A stretch of 64,000 nt of DNA from IMG/VR virus record IMGVR_UViG_3300014775_001776, positions 32,001 through 96,000 of that record; one strand, written 5' to 3'. Shown one piece after another: positions 18,039 to 31,400 of the stretch; positions within the stretch are counted from its first letter, which is position 1; every line of letters begins with the position of its first letter. The stretch comes from a virus. A model generated the notes under the pieces. That model was given only the letters and a program-made list of their open reading frames with translations. It ran no database searches and was not told the DNA's origin. The position numbers and the translations under genes are program-made.

Positions 18039-19744
18039 GTAATTTGAAAACAGATAGTATAAGGATCGTAAAAGGATCTGAAAGGTTTGCAGGTTCCACG
18101 GATAATGATATGTCTTTAGATATTGAATTGAGGGCGGATCAAAAGAATTATGTTGAAAAAGATCGTACAACAATACTAAATCTTGCTGAAAGATTTGATG
18201 TAGAACGTCAGATAAGTAATAAAATAAGAGTATCGGGAAAAATAACTAATATTTTTAAAAATGATATTGTTGGTACATCTACATATGAACCTTTTTTGAA
18301 CAATTTGTTTTATGTTAATCCTGAAGTTACGGTACAGAATGGTTCCCCATTTAAAGGTTATCCACCTGCGGATGAATTTGTATTTGTCAGAACTACCGTC
18401 CCTGTAGGTCATATACCATATAACTCAGAAAGTGCATCTACTTATAATTGGAGAGTCTATTTAAGTTATCCATTTGAAAATGATTATGATCAAGAATTAC
18501 AATTTGAAGACGAACAGACTAATATAACAAATCAATATGTTGTGTCGGATGGTATACCATTCATAATAAAAAATAAAAAAAGTCGAGGAAAAAATCTTAT
18601 CTATTTTTATTGTGCATATAATCATAACCTACAAATAGGTGAATCAATCGAATTGACGCAACCTATTGATGGTAGAACAATTTTTGAAGTCTATAGTCTT
18701 GGTGATAATAGTTACGGAAACGACAAAAAAGTTTTTACAATATACAACTTTGGTTACCAACAATTTTTTGAAAATACTATAGGTAATTTTAAGAGAATAA
18801 TAGATATTAATAACCCTGAAGAAACAAAGTCAGAGTATTATTGTAGAAAGCATAAAATACTATTTAATAGTAAGGATGTTGATATTGTAAAACTTGCATA
18901 CGAACAAAATCCATTTTTTATAGAAAAAAAATTACAATATTCGGCACTAACACCAAACAATGTTGAAAGACTGGCTGTTAAAGAAAATAGTCAGACGTAT
19001 AGTCTGACATTTAATAAAGACCTTGACATAAGTGGACTTAGGGATAATAATAAAAGACCTTTGAGTAGTTTATTTGTTACAATAGTAAAAAGTGGATACA
19101 TTGGATGGTTTAATAACGCGGTTCCTGCTGGAAACACTACTAGTATCGAAGTGGGTTGGGACATGAATTTTTCAAATGATCAAATTGATGGATGGTGGTC
19201 AAAACTAAACCCCTATAACCGTGATAATTTACCTAATAATCACTACACAATAAATGGTAGAGATTTTTATTTTACAAAAGAATTAGAAATAGGAACAGAG
19301 ATCAAAGGAGATATTTGTGAGTGGAATGAATACGATCAAAAAGAAAATGTTTTATCAAGTATTAACCACAAAATAAGTTTCAATCTAAATAATTTTAATG
19401 ATGGGTCAGACGAAAATCCTAATCTACCTAATGGATATAGTTATAAACCTCATCATGAAGTAAAAGTAAAACAATTTTCGGATTCAGTTGAGTTTGGTGA
19501 TAAAGATAAGATAGATCAATTTCCAGATTATGCATTTTTTTCAGATTATGACCAACAATGGAGATGGAGAGACTTATATGATTATGGTTTTATAGATGAA
19601 AATGGAGACGGGGTTAATTTCCCTTTTTTGAATGGTTCTCACTATCCATTTAAAGAAATAATATTTTTACAAACACCTATGTTTAAGAACTTAAATCTAT
19701 TTACAGATATAATAATTGCACCAAATACGGACGATTGTGAATAA
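18035..19744 (+). CDS. Putative baseplate-region structural protein, 569 aa
   Basis: ATGA coupling to the upstream gene; aromatic/Asn-rich; C-terminal WRWRDLYDYGFID...FPFLNG.HY. Confidence 0.65.
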   Translation: MSNLKTDSIRIVKGSERFAGSTDNDMSLDIELRADQKNYVEKDRTTILNLAERFDVERQISNKIRVSGKITNIFKNDIVGTSTYEPFLNNLFYVNPEVTVQNGSPFKGYPPADEFVFVRTTVPVGHIPYNSESASTYNWRVYLSYPFENDYDQELQFEDEQTNITNQYVVSDGIPFIIKNKKSRGKNLIYFYCAYNHNLQIGESIELTQPIDGRTIFEVYSLGDNSYGNDKKVFTIYNFGYQQFFENTIGNFKRIIDINNPEETKSEYYCRKHKILFNSKDVDIVKLAYEQNPFFIEKKLQYSALTPNNVERLAVKENSQTYSLTFNKDLDISGLRDNNKRPLSSLFVTIVKSGYIGWFNNAVPAGNTTSIEVGWDMNFSNDQIDGWWSKLNPYNRDNLPNNHYTINGRDFYFTKELEIGTEIKGDICEWNEYDQKENVLSSINHKISFNLNNFNDGSDENPNLPNGYSYKPHHEVKVKQFSDSVEFGDKDKIDQFPDYAFFSDYDQQWRWRDLYDYGFIDENGDGVNFPFLNGSHYPFKEIIFLQTPMFKNLNLFTDIIIAPNTDDCE

Positions 19745-20570
19745 GTTTAGATTTACAATATCAGATTTAGATCAACAAATCAATATTCCAGTAAAAATTG
19801 ATTTTGATCTCAATGGACAAGAAGATTTAATCAAAATATTTGAAAATGATGTAATAGATAAAGTCATAAATCCAATCAAAAATTTTGAAACGATCAAATT
19901 CTCACATAAGCCAATAGGCGATCCACCAAAATCGGAAATAAATTATATATTTAATTTTTTCGATTATAGTCAAAACATATCAAATACATCTTTTGGGGAT
20001 TCTGAATTATGGATTAACGATTACAATTCAACGACAAACCCAGATTTTACAGGACAGTCCTTTACTGATAAAGAAATATATTATGGTGCGAATTCATTCA
20101 AAAGAAGTTTTTTCAAATTAGATTTTTATGATAGTAAAAACTCATCAGATCAAAAAAATTACTTTACAGTTATAATACCAACACAACAAGGGGGAAACGT
20201 AATAAGAAATATTGGAACAGAACTGGTTCCCAATAACGTAAAAATTCGTATACCTAACTTTAAATTAGACTATGTGGGGGATAAAGAAGGGTTTTATATA
20301 TATTTCACTGAAGATTTATCTTTAATATCTTCTAATACTTTCTTTATGTCAGTTAAGTTCTTCAACGCAAAAATAGGAGAGTTTGTGAGGTTTTTAACCT
20401 CACCACAATCGATCATTTCTACCAAATTTAATTTTAAAAAAGAGGATTATTTTTATCACAAAATTGTAATGGATTTTGAATCATTAAAATATTCAGTTTT
20501 TAATGATCAAGACCAACTAATAGGAAGTGAGAATAATCCAATAAACTGGTATGAATATGTAAATCCATGA
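19737..20570 (+). CDS. Putative structural protein (probable GTG start at 19737)
   Basis: In-frame GTG overlapping the upstream gene end is more plausible than the TTG at 19716; SFKRSFFKLDFYD motif; ends WYEYVNP. Confidence 0.65.
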   Translation: MNKFRFTISDLDQQINIPVKIDFDLNGQEDLIKIFENDVIDKVINPIKNFETIKFSHKPIGDPPKSEINYIFNFFDYSQNISNTSFGDSELWINDYNSTTNPDFTGQSFTDKEIYYGANSFKRSFFKLDFYDSKNSSDQKNYFTVIIPTQQGGNVIRNIGTELVPNNVKIRIPNFKLDYVGDKEGFYIYFTEDLSLISSNTFFMSVKFFNAKIGEFVRFLTSPQSIISTKFNFKKEDYFYHKIVMDFESLKYSVFNDQDQLIGSENNPINWYEYVNP

Positions 20571-21520
20571 GTCAAGATAAATATTATTTTAAAATTTCAC
20601 CTGAAGTTTTACAAAAAGACATAATAGAAAAAAATTACGATGAAGTAGAATTTGGTTTATATAAACCAATAGAATATGTTTTGCAAAATGGTATAATCCA
20701 AGAGTTGAATTTTACAATATCACTGTCACAAGATATTAAAGATATTGGTTTTTACACTCCTTTTGATGGTACAGTAGATCAACTGAGTCAGATTACTAAT
20801 TTTATAATATCAGGAAACCCGATTAATATCTATGAAATAATATTTTTTGATACATCAATAAAAGAAGGTAAAATAAATATAGGATCGGAATTTACAATAG
20901 ATTGGGGTGATGGATTATCAGAACAAATAAATCCTTTTTTGAATGATTCTATATCGCACATTTATCCATTTGAAGATAATAATTATACAATAACATATAC
21001 TAGAAAAAACAAATGGGGTGAAGTTGAAATAAAAAAAACCATTTCGATTCCGTTTAATCCTTCTAATGTTGAGGGTGAAATTTCATATGAAAATGAGCCT
21101 TTTATTATTAGTGGTTATACAAGTTCGAAACTTAATGAATTGAAACTATATGGTCAGATAAAATATGAGACTTTAAGACCAATAATTAAAAAAGGAGAGT
21201 TTTATGGTCAGGTGACTGAAATGAACGATCAGTATACAGCTTATACAGTTAATCAAATAGATTATTTCGATTATTCAGATGGTACTACAATTTTCTTTGT
21301 TGAGAGTTATGGACTTAATGAAGAGAACCAAGTCTATTCAGGTACAACAAAAGAAGAAGTTCTTTTAGGAATTGTAGATTCTCCAGAAATACAATCAGAA
21401 GTATTTATTGATAGAGGTAAATTATCAGGTTTGGAAAGTTTACAAAGACTAGGTGAAATAGACAATATTGGTGATTTACAAAACTACGGGTATAAATATT
21501 TTAAAATTAATAATCAATAA
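20567..21520 (+). CDS. Putative structural protein with a PKD-like Ig domain
   Basis: FTIDWGDG...ISHIY....YTIT matches the PKD WDFGDG/H.Y/Y.V pattern; ATGA-coupled. Confidence 0.6.
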   Translation: MSQDKYYFKISPEVLQKDIIEKNYDEVEFGLYKPIEYVLQNGIIQELNFTISLSQDIKDIGFYTPFDGTVDQLSQITNFIISGNPINIYEIIFFDTSIKEGKINIGSEFTIDWGDGLSEQINPFLNDSISHIYPFEDNNYTITYTRKNKWGEVEIKKTISIPFNPSNVEGEISYENEPFIISGYTSSKLNELKLYGQIKYETLRPIIKKGEFYGQVTEMNDQYTAYTVNQIDYFDYSDGTTIFFVESYGLNEENQVYSGTTKEEVLLGIVDSPEIQSEVFIDRGKLSGLESLQRLGEIDNIGDLQNYGYKYFKINNQ

Positions 21521-21522
21521 TT

Positions 21523-22431
21523 ATGGCACTAGGAAGTTATGGAACCCAAAGACCGGCAGATGTTTTACCCTCTGATGTCGAAGTAATATTAAACTACTCA
21601 CCAAGTAGGGATGTAAGTAATGATACTTTACTTAAAAAATTAAATGCGCAAGATGTATTAACTCCTTTATATCATAACAGTAATACAGGGGGTAACCCTA
21701 ATGTTGAAGTAATTGGTGGATTATATAATCTTAAGTTACCTTCATCAGAATTTAATAAAATAGGTATATATACTCTTTATATTAAACCTGTAGAAATAAG
21801 AACCACAATAAGAGATTGTGGTGTTTTATCAGCGCTCCCAAATGTAAAAGGAATAATTTTAGATATTACACAAGTACCGTCTGAATTCAGAAGTAGATTT
21901 ACAAATAATGGATTAGTGGGGTATAGAGTAGAATATTTAAATAATGACGGGAGTAAGACGAACAATTTTTTTAGAATTATCACATCTTCTTTTTTCTGTG
22001 AGCCAGTAGTTTCTAATCAAAGTAATACTACTCAGAAAAGTATTAGATATAGATATGTTGATAATGGTAGTGATTTGATATTTTTGACATTATCACCTTC
22101 GAGTGCACCATCTAATAAACCAAACGCAACACCGTTTATTGGTAACCCAGATCAAAACATTATTGTAACTAATACATTTTTTAATCCAGTTTCTATAGAT
22201 ATTCAATTAGCTGAACATGATATTGATACGTTGGCATTAGCCTTATATGGTAATCAGACTAAGAGTATTGAAGACGGTATCTATACAATTTATGATAACC
22301 AACTTAATATATACAAACAGTATAACTTATTCGAAATCAGAGATGAATTTAATAATTTATTATATGAAGTCCGTCAAAATAGGAATGATAATATAGACTT
22401 CAGTAAAAATTTCACTAGCATCATTGAATAA
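21523..22431 (+). CDS. Putative structural protein, 302 aa
   Basis: Tightly packed in the baseplate operon; no recognised motif. Confidence 0.65.
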   Translation: MALGSYGTQRPADVLPSDVEVILNYSPSRDVSNDTLLKKLNAQDVLTPLYHNSNTGGNPNVEVIGGLYNLKLPSSEFNKIGIYTLYIKPVEIRTTIRDCGVLSALPNVKGIILDITQVPSEFRSRFTNNGLVGYRVEYLNNDGSKTNNFFRIITSSFFCEPVVSNQSNTTQKSIRYRYVDNGSDLIFLTLSPSSAPSNKPNATPFIGNPDQNIIVTNTFFNPVSIDIQLAEHDIDTLALALYGNQTKSIEDGIYTIYDNQLNIYKQYNLFEIRDEFNNLLYEVRQNRNDNIDFSKNFTSIIE

Positions 22432-25367
22432 TGGCTGATAATAAGTTTAGATATCCACCAGCACCTCCTAATGGAGGTGATACGTTCTCTAAGAACTTAG
22501 TTGGTTTGCAAATCACTGATGGTGGAGGACTAACTCAAGGGAATTTTGATTTTGGTAGTGGTGTAAGTGAAAAGAGTAATAGAAACTTTGATATAGGTGT
22601 TTTCTCCGATCCAATCACTTTAAGTGATTTACAAGTTAATTCAGTTAATGAAGCTAGAGAAATCGCATCCAAAAAGTTTAATGTCTACCCAAATTATGAT
22701 CTTACTAGGGTTACTAATTATGCTCTTTATGGTTCATTAAGAAAAAGATTATCAGCTTCGGTAACTAAAATAATTAATAATTTTCCAGCGGCATTACAGG
22801 TAAATTTTATTTCTAATAATTATACAACTGGTAATACTGCATATGATATTACATATGATATTAATAACAATGTTACAGAGCTAAAGATAGATGTTAACAG
22901 ATTAAAAAACCCTTTTGGTATAGATTATTCGAAAAACTCAAGTAGAAACATTTCATTGAATCCAATTGGTGTGAGTGAGGTAAGAGATTTAACTAATAAT
23001 TTCAGTAAATATTCATTATATGTTGATAATGAGTTTAATAATGAATTTAATCTTGTTGATTTCGAGCCATCTGAATTTGTTAGTGGGGGAACAATTACAC
23101 TATTTGTAAATGGTAACCCATTCTTAACAAATACAACAACTAAAACTCTAGTAATTAAGCCTAGTAATTTAGAGACTGAAAAAATATTTGATCAAAGTTT
23201 TGATGAAGTCGAAAAATTCATACTTAATAGACAAATTGTACCAAAATATACTGCTGAATTCCAAGTAATTGAGGAAGACATTAGTGGTAGATATTTCAAG
23301 ACTAATAAAAGAGCAACATGGCCACTTGATGGTGAATGGAATTTAGATATTGTTACAAATAGTTATGAAGAATATTTAGAAAAACTTAATAGTATTGGTG
23401 AAAGTCTGGATGAGTTTAAAACAGATTTAATCTCCAGATTTTTGACTACAGGGGCATTTAAAGATTTCGATACTGATGACCAAAAAATGGAAAAAGTTCT
23501 ACAACTATATGGTAGAAGTTTTGACGAAATTAAAAAATTTATAGACGCTTTAGCACACATAAATTCTGTAAATTATAATGTTCAGGATGATATACCTTCT
23601 CAGTTATTAAAAAACTTATCTATGACATTAGGATGGAACACTGATATTTCTCCGATCAGTAACTCAGATTTCTTAGAATCAGTTTTTAATACAAAAGAAG
23701 GATCAATATACAGTGGATTATCAAAGGATAAAAGTCCTGCAGAATTGAATTACCAATATTATAGAAATTTAATTTTAAATTCTGCATATCTTTTTAAGTC
23801 AAAAGGTACTCATAGGTCTCTAGAATATTTACTTAGATTCATAGGTGCACCAAAGGCATTGATAGAATTTAATGAGACGGTTTATTTAGCTGATGGTCCG
23901 ATCAATATTAATAATTTTAATCAAGAATTTAATTCATTCTCCGGTGGTTCTAAGATTATTACCGATACTGTATTAGACCCTAATGATGTGTTTAGTTTTG
24001 AAGGTGTTCAATACACAGGATTTACAACTCAAAGTAGAGTGGTAAATGTTACTGCCACACTCGAAGATTTTCCAGTAGATGAGTTAGGTTATCCTAAAAG
24101 TCCTAAACAAACTGAAGAGTATTTCTTTGAACAAGGTGCGGGATGGTTCCAACAAACTCCAGATCACAGGTCACTAGAAGTTTTAGATGTTGGTAATTCT
24201 ACATTCACTGGACAAAATTCTAATGTTCAAACAACATTAGAGTCATTCACGTATGGTGAAAAATATCTTTCGAGATACAAATATTTCCCAGAAATGAATA
24301 TTGGATTTGGAATTACAAGAACAATAGATAATCAAAAGTCATGGGCTTATGATGAAACAGGACTAAGAAAAAATAGTAATCAAGGATTTAATTCATATTA
24401 TCAGGTTTCGGATGAAAGACTTGTCATAAATGCAAAAAACATAGAAGTATTTTTGAATATGGGTCAAGGACTAGTCTATGATGTTTGGGATATGTCCAGA
24501 AAATTCAATTATCCAATTCCTTCTTCAGGATTGACCACAGAATTGTTAAATACTACTGGTACTGACAGAACTATAATAGATCCTAAACCCCAAGAAAAGA
24601 CCTTCTTTGAATTTGCACAAACATTTTACAGAAATTTAATAGACGTAAAAAAACGTCAGACATCATATTACACTTACCCATCTTTACAACAAATTTATTG
24701 GGATTACTTACAATCGGAAGAAAATATCAATATTCCATCCAATAAATACACTTACCAAAAAATGATCGATTTTACCAACGGTCTAGGTAGTTACTGGACA
24801 AAGCTACTAGAACAAGTTGTTCCTGCGACAACACTTTGGACTGGTGGTCAGAAACTCGAAAACAGTGTCTTTCACAGGCAGAAGGTAGTGTGGAGAAAAC
24901 AAAGAGGATGTGAAATAGTACCAATTCCTTGTATACCTTGTACTCTTACAGGACAAATATTTGGATACGATTGTGTCACGAAAGAATTAAGTTGTGATAT
25001 TACTACTAGTTTATCATCAATATTGAATTCAACCTTACAAAACTTATTAAATACTAATAACTTAACCACTTCTAATTGTGATCTAAATTCTTTGACTAGT
25101 GAATGGTATGTCTTGTTCAAACTAGATGAAAACGTGATATTAGAAGAAAATTTTTATTCAGGCAATGGGAGTAATGATTTTCCTACACAAGATGAATGGT
25201 ATAATTCGGTACTAGAAAATTTGAATATTTTTACGACTTATGGTCTTGTTTATACTGTGAATGAAAATGTCATTAATATTCAGAATGCTGGGTGTGATAC
25301 ACTATTTGAAGAAGAATCACTTTCCATAAATGCGAAAGTAGATATTTCAATTAATTGTCAGACATAA
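22431..25367 (+). CDS. Baseplate wedge-like protein (P2 gpI / T4 gp7-type motif), 978 aa
   Basis: PSQLLKNLSMTLGW...YRNLILNSAYLFKSKGTHRSLEYLLRFIG matches the gpI-type 'L..LA..LG....R.....Y..KGT...L' pattern. Confidence 0.6.
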   Translation: MADNKFRYPPAPPNGGDTFSKNLVGLQITDGGGLTQGNFDFGSGVSEKSNRNFDIGVFSDPITLSDLQVNSVNEAREIASKKFNVYPNYDLTRVTNYALYGSLRKRLSASVTKIINNFPAALQVNFISNNYTTGNTAYDITYDINNNVTELKIDVNRLKNPFGIDYSKNSSRNISLNPIGVSEVRDLTNNFSKYSLYVDNEFNNEFNLVDFEPSEFVSGGTITLFVNGNPFLTNTTTKTLVIKPSNLETEKIFDQSFDEVEKFILNRQIVPKYTAEFQVIEEDISGRYFKTNKRATWPLDGEWNLDIVTNSYEEYLEKLNSIGESLDEFKTDLISRFLTTGAFKDFDTDDQKMEKVLQLYGRSFDEIKKFIDALAHINSVNYNVQDDIPSQLLKNLSMTLGWNTDISPISNSDFLESVFNTKEGSIYSGLSKDKSPAELNYQYYRNLILNSAYLFKSKGTHRSLEYLLRFIGAPKALIEFNETVYLADGPININNFNQEFNSFSGGSKIITDTVLDPNDVFSFEGVQYTGFTTQSRVVNVTATLEDFPVDELGYPKSPKQTEEYFFEQGAGWFQQTPDHRSLEVLDVGNSTFTGQNSNVQTTLESFTYGEKYLSRYKYFPEMNIGFGITRTIDNQKSWAYDETGLRKNSNQGFNSYYQVSDERLVINAKNIEVFLNMGQGLVYDVWDMSRKFNYPIPSSGLTTELLNTTGTDRTIIDPKPQEKTFFEFAQTFYRNLIDVKKRQTSYYTYPSLQQIYWDYLQSEENINIPSNKYTYQKMIDFTNGLGSYWTKLLEQVVPATTLWTGGQKLENSVFHRQKVVWRKQRGCEIVPIPCIPCTLTGQIFGYDCVTKELSCDITTSLSSILNSTLQNLLNTNNLTTSNCDLNSLTSEWYVLFKLDENVILEENFYSGNGSNDFPTQDEWYNSVLENLNIFTTYGLVYTVNENVINIQNAGCDTLFEEESLSINAKVDISINCQT

Positions 25368-25396
25368 AATCTACACTTAATAAATATTTTTATCAG

Positions 25397-25403
25397 TATT
25401 TAT
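25397..25403 (+). promoter_or_regulatory. TATTTAT putative late promoter
   Basis: 5 nt before ATG 25409. Confidence 0.65.
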
Positions 25404-25408
25404 AACAA

Positions 25409-28400
25409 ATGGCCAATACTGCAAAATTAAGATTTTTAACACTATTACAAGATTCAGGATTTAATAATCCTGGATTACTAGTTAGTGGATCTTCGGGTGT
25501 TGCGACAAGTAATAGTCTTGGAGGTGCTCAGGTTGGTGACAATATAGTATTAAAAGGGTTAACAACAGGTATTCCTGTAGGTTCAACAATTGATGGATTA
25601 GAGTTTAGTAACTTAGTTGGTGCTACCCAAAAATCGATTTTTTTAAGGTTTATAATTGGTTTTTCTAGCGTTCCGGATAATTTAATAAGAGCTGAAGAAG
25701 TAACTGGTTCGACACAACAAGTAACCATTGGTGGGCCCACAGAACTTTTCGGTTATACGGGTCTTACAGTATCACTTTTAGAACAACTAACTTTAAAGTT
25801 TTTAGTAACGTCTAATACGGGTATCGGTGATTTATCAATCACCGGAAGTTCTGTATCGGGAAGTGAACTACCATCAGTTAAAGTTTATTATACTATTCCT
25901 CCTACTCCTACACCAACAATAACTAGTACTGTTACTAGAACCCCAAAAGGAACTCAGACCGCTACTCCAACCATTACCCCAACCAATACCACTTCAAATA
26001 CTCCAACTCCGACTGTTACTCCAGACCCTACTAAAACTCCTGCGTATTATAATTTAATACCTTGTTGTAGATCAGATGTAAATGAATATTATAGAATTAG
26101 TCAATCAAGTTGGGTTCAAAGCCCAATAGGTACATGGCAAATAGAAAATGATTACAATATACCTTCAGGTTGTTATACATTTTCACAAATAGTACCATCT
26201 GCGGACCCGTTAGGTAGTTTTGATTTTACAGGTGATGCGGTCGGTCCAATCTTTCTAGGTTGCGATGATAATAGTCTTTGTTTATGTCCTACAAATACAC
26301 CTACTCCTACAATAACCAGTACACCAACAATCACTCCAAGTAATCCTGTAACGCCAACCCCAACATATACACCTTTACCACCATTTGCCACTCCAACACC
26401 CTCTGAAGATCCTAAATATAAGGATCAATATCCTAAACGTAATACTCAATATTTTACTTCTAATAATTGTGACGCTACAGTTCAGGATCCAATAATAAAA
26501 ATATTTGGAACTTATGAAGATGGTGAAAATTTAATAAATAAAGTTGTAACTTATGTAGATGATTTAGGTCATTCATTTAGTACGATAATTATTAATAGGG
26601 CTAGTTCACTTACAGACGATCAGATATCTGATGCTAAGTTTGCACAAACAGTTCATGATGATTGTGATGATGCTATAGAATTCATCGAGTATTATGATGG
26701 TGACATATCAAATATGTCATTTAGGGTCAACACATGTGAAGTAAAACCACAAAAGGCATTGCTTAGTATGACATTAAGTAATTCAAATGCTCTTTATCCA
26801 TATACACATTTTAAAGTAGGTAGTACATGTTACTCCTTTAATATGTTCTATAAAGATAGTGGTGGATTAGTTGTGAATGAAAAATACTCTTCTTGTAGTG
26901 AGTGTGGATTTAATGGAACACAAACACCAACACCCACACAAACAAGTACACCTACATCAAGTCCAACATATACACCAACATCAACAGTAACTAATACGAT
27001 TGATACAACACCCACTGTAACGCCAACACAAAAATCGACAACTTATATTGCAACAAATTGTTGTAATGATAGTTTGGACATAAATGTTCAAGGTCCAATC
27101 AATCCTAAAAAAATATTTGTTTTTTATGATGGTACTATCCGTGATGAGAAAAAACTCAAATCAGCTTCAAAACAAATTAGGGAATGGTATTCTAGTTATC
27201 TAGTTAAAAATCAATTTCAGACTGGTAACCTTTATGAGACTGTTATTGGTAATAGTCAGGATAATGCAAATGGTGAAAACTGGTTATGGTGGTCAGTTTA
27301 TCCATACCTAGGTTCTTTATCTGGTGGTGATTTATCTGATGGTACTACAATTAACGAGTTTGATGATGTTGTTGAAAATAGTACTTTTATTAGTGAGTCT
27401 TGTGATTCAAGTAAATCAGGTTATAGATGTGCACCATATAAAACCCAAGTTAATGACTTTGGTTCTATCGCACAAAGAATTAACAGAGGTCTTGACCTAG
27501 ATGACGGAATAAGTTCAACAGTATCTAATGGTGTTGCTTTTAGTCATGATAATCTGAATCAGACTTATAATTCAGGAGTAGGACAATTTAATGGTGGTGA
27601 AAAAGATTATTTGGTAATAACATTTATTGAAGAATCTGATGGTGAGATCGGGATGTACCATGGGCAAAGTACTAAAGATGATTTAATATATGATCCTTTT
27701 ACACTAAAAGGTTATGGATGGGATCTGTCTCAAAGTAAAGAACCGACCAACAGGTATAAACATGATTATGAATCTTATCTTTCTGTTTGGGCTGACATTA
27801 CTAACAATTTATCTGGTGAAATAAATACTGCATTATATAATGTTACTGATGACTTACTGTCAAACTTTGCGTTTTCATTACATAATTTAGCTGCGGTTGA
27901 AGGTAATACTATAAGTGCGTCTGATTTCCAAACAAAGTATGGTGATTCTATAACTGATGTGGGTCCTCAAAACTTAAATTTATCTATACTCACATCTGAA
28001 AATCCATACTCTGATCTTGAAACTACGACTAATTTTAATGATGTACTAAATCCTGAACAAAGAGAAAATGGTCCTGGTCTCACAAACTTTGGTTTCTTTA
28101 CTAATCCTACACTCACAGAATGGGATGATAATACTTACTTAAGTGAAATAGGTACAAATGTCGACTATTTCTTAAAAGACGGATTTATACATGCTGGTCA
28201 ATGTTATCAATTCTTAAGATATGAAAATGTTACTCCCGCAGTTGTCATAAATGAATCAGATATTGTAAAAAATATTTGTTCAACTGACGATTGTGTACCT
28301 TTGTTATGTCCTAGTCCTACTGCAACGCCTACAAATACTATCCAACTTACACCAAATGTAACACCTACAATAACGAATACACCATTTATTACTAGAACAC

Positions 28401-31400
28401 CAACAGTCACATCGACAATACCAGTAACACCTACACAATCTGTAGGAATTGCAAAATTACCTCCACAAACATTAGAATTCAATAAATGTAGTGTCGGAAC
28501 TCCCGGTGATAACACTCTTTATGTTAATCTGACATTATGGCAAAGTAATGGAGAAAAAATATCCTTTTACCATGGAGGATCATGTTATGAAGCAAAAAAC
28601 ACTAATCAAGTAACTACCAATTCACCCACTGCTTATCCAACAGTATGGTTCATCAGATGTCAAGATTGCGTAAACTATTTGGATGAATTACCCACACCAA
28701 CACCTACACAAACACCAACAATCACCCCACAATATAGATGGGTTAACTTTGTAAGTTGTTGTGATAGCGGATTCTTGGTAAGAATAAAATTAAGAGTTGA
28801 TGTTACACCCCTAGCTGGCCAAGGATTTTTCTATAATGACTGTTATTATTATGATCCGGTTTACGAGTTTTATAGTGGTGGTGTAGATTTAATAATAAGT
28901 AGTATTGTTTTAGATGGTCTCGATGATGATTTTTGTCAATCCTCATATTGTTCAACTTATGATCCGTGTCCAACATTAACGCCTACAAGTACACCAACAA
29001 TTTCAATAACCCCCTCACCTACAGAGACGACACCATTAAATTATTATAAAATTAATCCAAAAAGTTGTTGTGATGAATCACAACCATTTACAAACGGTTT
29101 ATTTATAAATGATTTAGTACCTGAAGGAAGTGTATTCATATATAATGGTGAAGAAATTGCATCCCTTAGAGGACAATGTTTTATTGCCGAATATGATCCA
29201 AATGTCAATCCTACTGAATATATTGTAGTTAATGAATTTTTAGGTAAATGCACTGAATGTAGCCAATTACCAGGATTTAAAGCTTGTGAAACACCAACCC
29301 CAACACCAACAATAACATTGACTCAAACTCCAGACCTTTGTGCAGATCAAGACATAGTTATTCTTATTGATCAGTCAGGAAGTATTGGTAGTCAATCTAA
29401 TTTTGATTTCTTAGTAAATGGTGCTATCGAAATAGCAAATTTATTAGAGGATCGTATGGATGCTGGTGAAGTACAAATAGGCGCTTATAAATGGTCAGAT
29501 TGTGCTGAAGATAAAATAGAACTATTAACAGGACTAACATCCAACCATACAAACTTTGTTAATGCATTAAGTGGTACGAGTTGGGATTTAGGTTATACGT
29601 ATGCATCCAAACCCATAGAACTGGCTTATAACCTTTTAAGTGGAAGTACAAATACTGAAGCTAAAAAGAACATCATTTTGATAACTGATGGTGTGATTTC
29701 AGATTTTACAGAGGCACCGGAATGTATTGATTTAGACAATCCGTTATATTCAACATCTCAGATCGCTTCCTTATTAAAGTTAGGATTGTATGGAAATGGT
29801 GAGCAAGTAAATATTTACACCGTTAATGTAATAAATGGAAGTAATAATCAATTAGAAAGTATTTCATCAGGAGATGGATACCACTTCTATGCAGATTCCT
29901 TCTCAGATTTTCAAAATGTTGTATCTGGACTTATTGTTGATCAGGTATGTTCAGAAAGACCTATAGTTGAATCTGTAGAGAAATATCGAGCAAATCCATG
30001 CTGTGGGGGTGATCCTATTCTTGTTGGTGTTGCTAATGCAACGACTAGTGTTATAGGTAAAGGATTTGTATTTAATGGTGCTTGTTATGAAATCGAAGTT
30101 ATAGTTCCAGGGAATGATGCTCCCGATCATGAAGTTTCTTCTAATGATTTATTTGACGATATTTGTTTAGATGTTAACAAATGTTCTTGTTTAAATTACA
30201 GAAAATTTGAACTAGAAAATTGTTGCGATCCAAGTGATGTTATAACAATTGGATATTCAGCGGGTCAACCAGTATTAGGTTCAGGTATCGAATACAATAA
30301 AAAATGTTATCAGTATAGAGGAAATGAAGGTAGTGGAGATACACAATTACTTTTAGATACTTTAGTGTTATCTATGTGTGGACAGGAAGGTTGTTTATGT
30401 GCTACACCGACACCAACTGTTAGTCCAACGACTACAATGACCCAAACACCATCAATTACCAGTTCACCAACTGTGACAATAACTCCCTCTATAACTTCTT
30501 CCGAGACTCCGACACAAACACCCACCAACACAATTACTTCGACTATTACTGCTAGTCAATCGCCAACTATAACACCTTCTAATACATTAACAGTTACACC
30601 TACTAATACTACACCTTCAGAATATGTAATTTACTCATTATCTGGTGTATGTGGAGAAGGGACTAAGTTATTATTTGTCAGTTCGATTGTAGAACCAGGA
30701 GATTTTATCCAATACAGTGGAACGTGTTATGAAGTTTTACAATACTCGGCCGGTACACCGACTGATACAGTAGACGTATTACCGAGTGAAATTTATGAAA
30801 ATGCAGATGCATGTACTCAAGATAGTCCTTGTGTTACATTAACTCCAACACCAACTCTCACACAAACACCGACAGTAACCATTAATAATACGCCTACTAA
30901 TACTCCAACACACTCACACACCGTCACACCATCTAAAGCAACTAAAGTTGCTATTATTCAATCTTGTTGTACTGGGGGTACGACTTATGAAATTTCAGTT
31001 ACTACTGACGTAACAATAGGTGATTCTTTATTATATTCTGGATCGTGTTTTAATGTAATTTCACTTCCAGCAGGTCCAACAACTGGATTGATATATTATG
31101 ATTTACCTTACACTAGTTGTACTGACTGTACATCTTCTGAGACAATCTGTCCGACAGCGACCCCGACTGAAACACCAGCCGTTACTACTACCCCAACAAA
31201 AACACCTAATATTACTCCAGAAGTAACTTCGACACCAACTGGAAGTTTACCAATAGATACTTGGTTGGCTAGGGGTTGTTGTGACTTTAATGATACATTA
31301 AGAGTTAACGTACCGGAAAACCCACAAAAGGTCTATGTCTTTTATGATGGTACATTTATTAATGAGACTCAACTTAAAAATGCTTCAGAAAATATAAGAT

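Noticed and set aside
1384-24872. Short minus-strand ORFs overlapping the replication and baseplate genes (e.g. 7547-8137, 2410-2721, 13703-14047)
   Set aside because: Nested within or overlapping well-supported + strand genes, with no motifs or independent expression signals.
9984-25367. Extracellular contractile injection system or T6SS rather than phage
   Set aside because: Directly adjacent to phage-type SSB, recombinase, helicase and RNR genes, with no bacterial housekeeping context.
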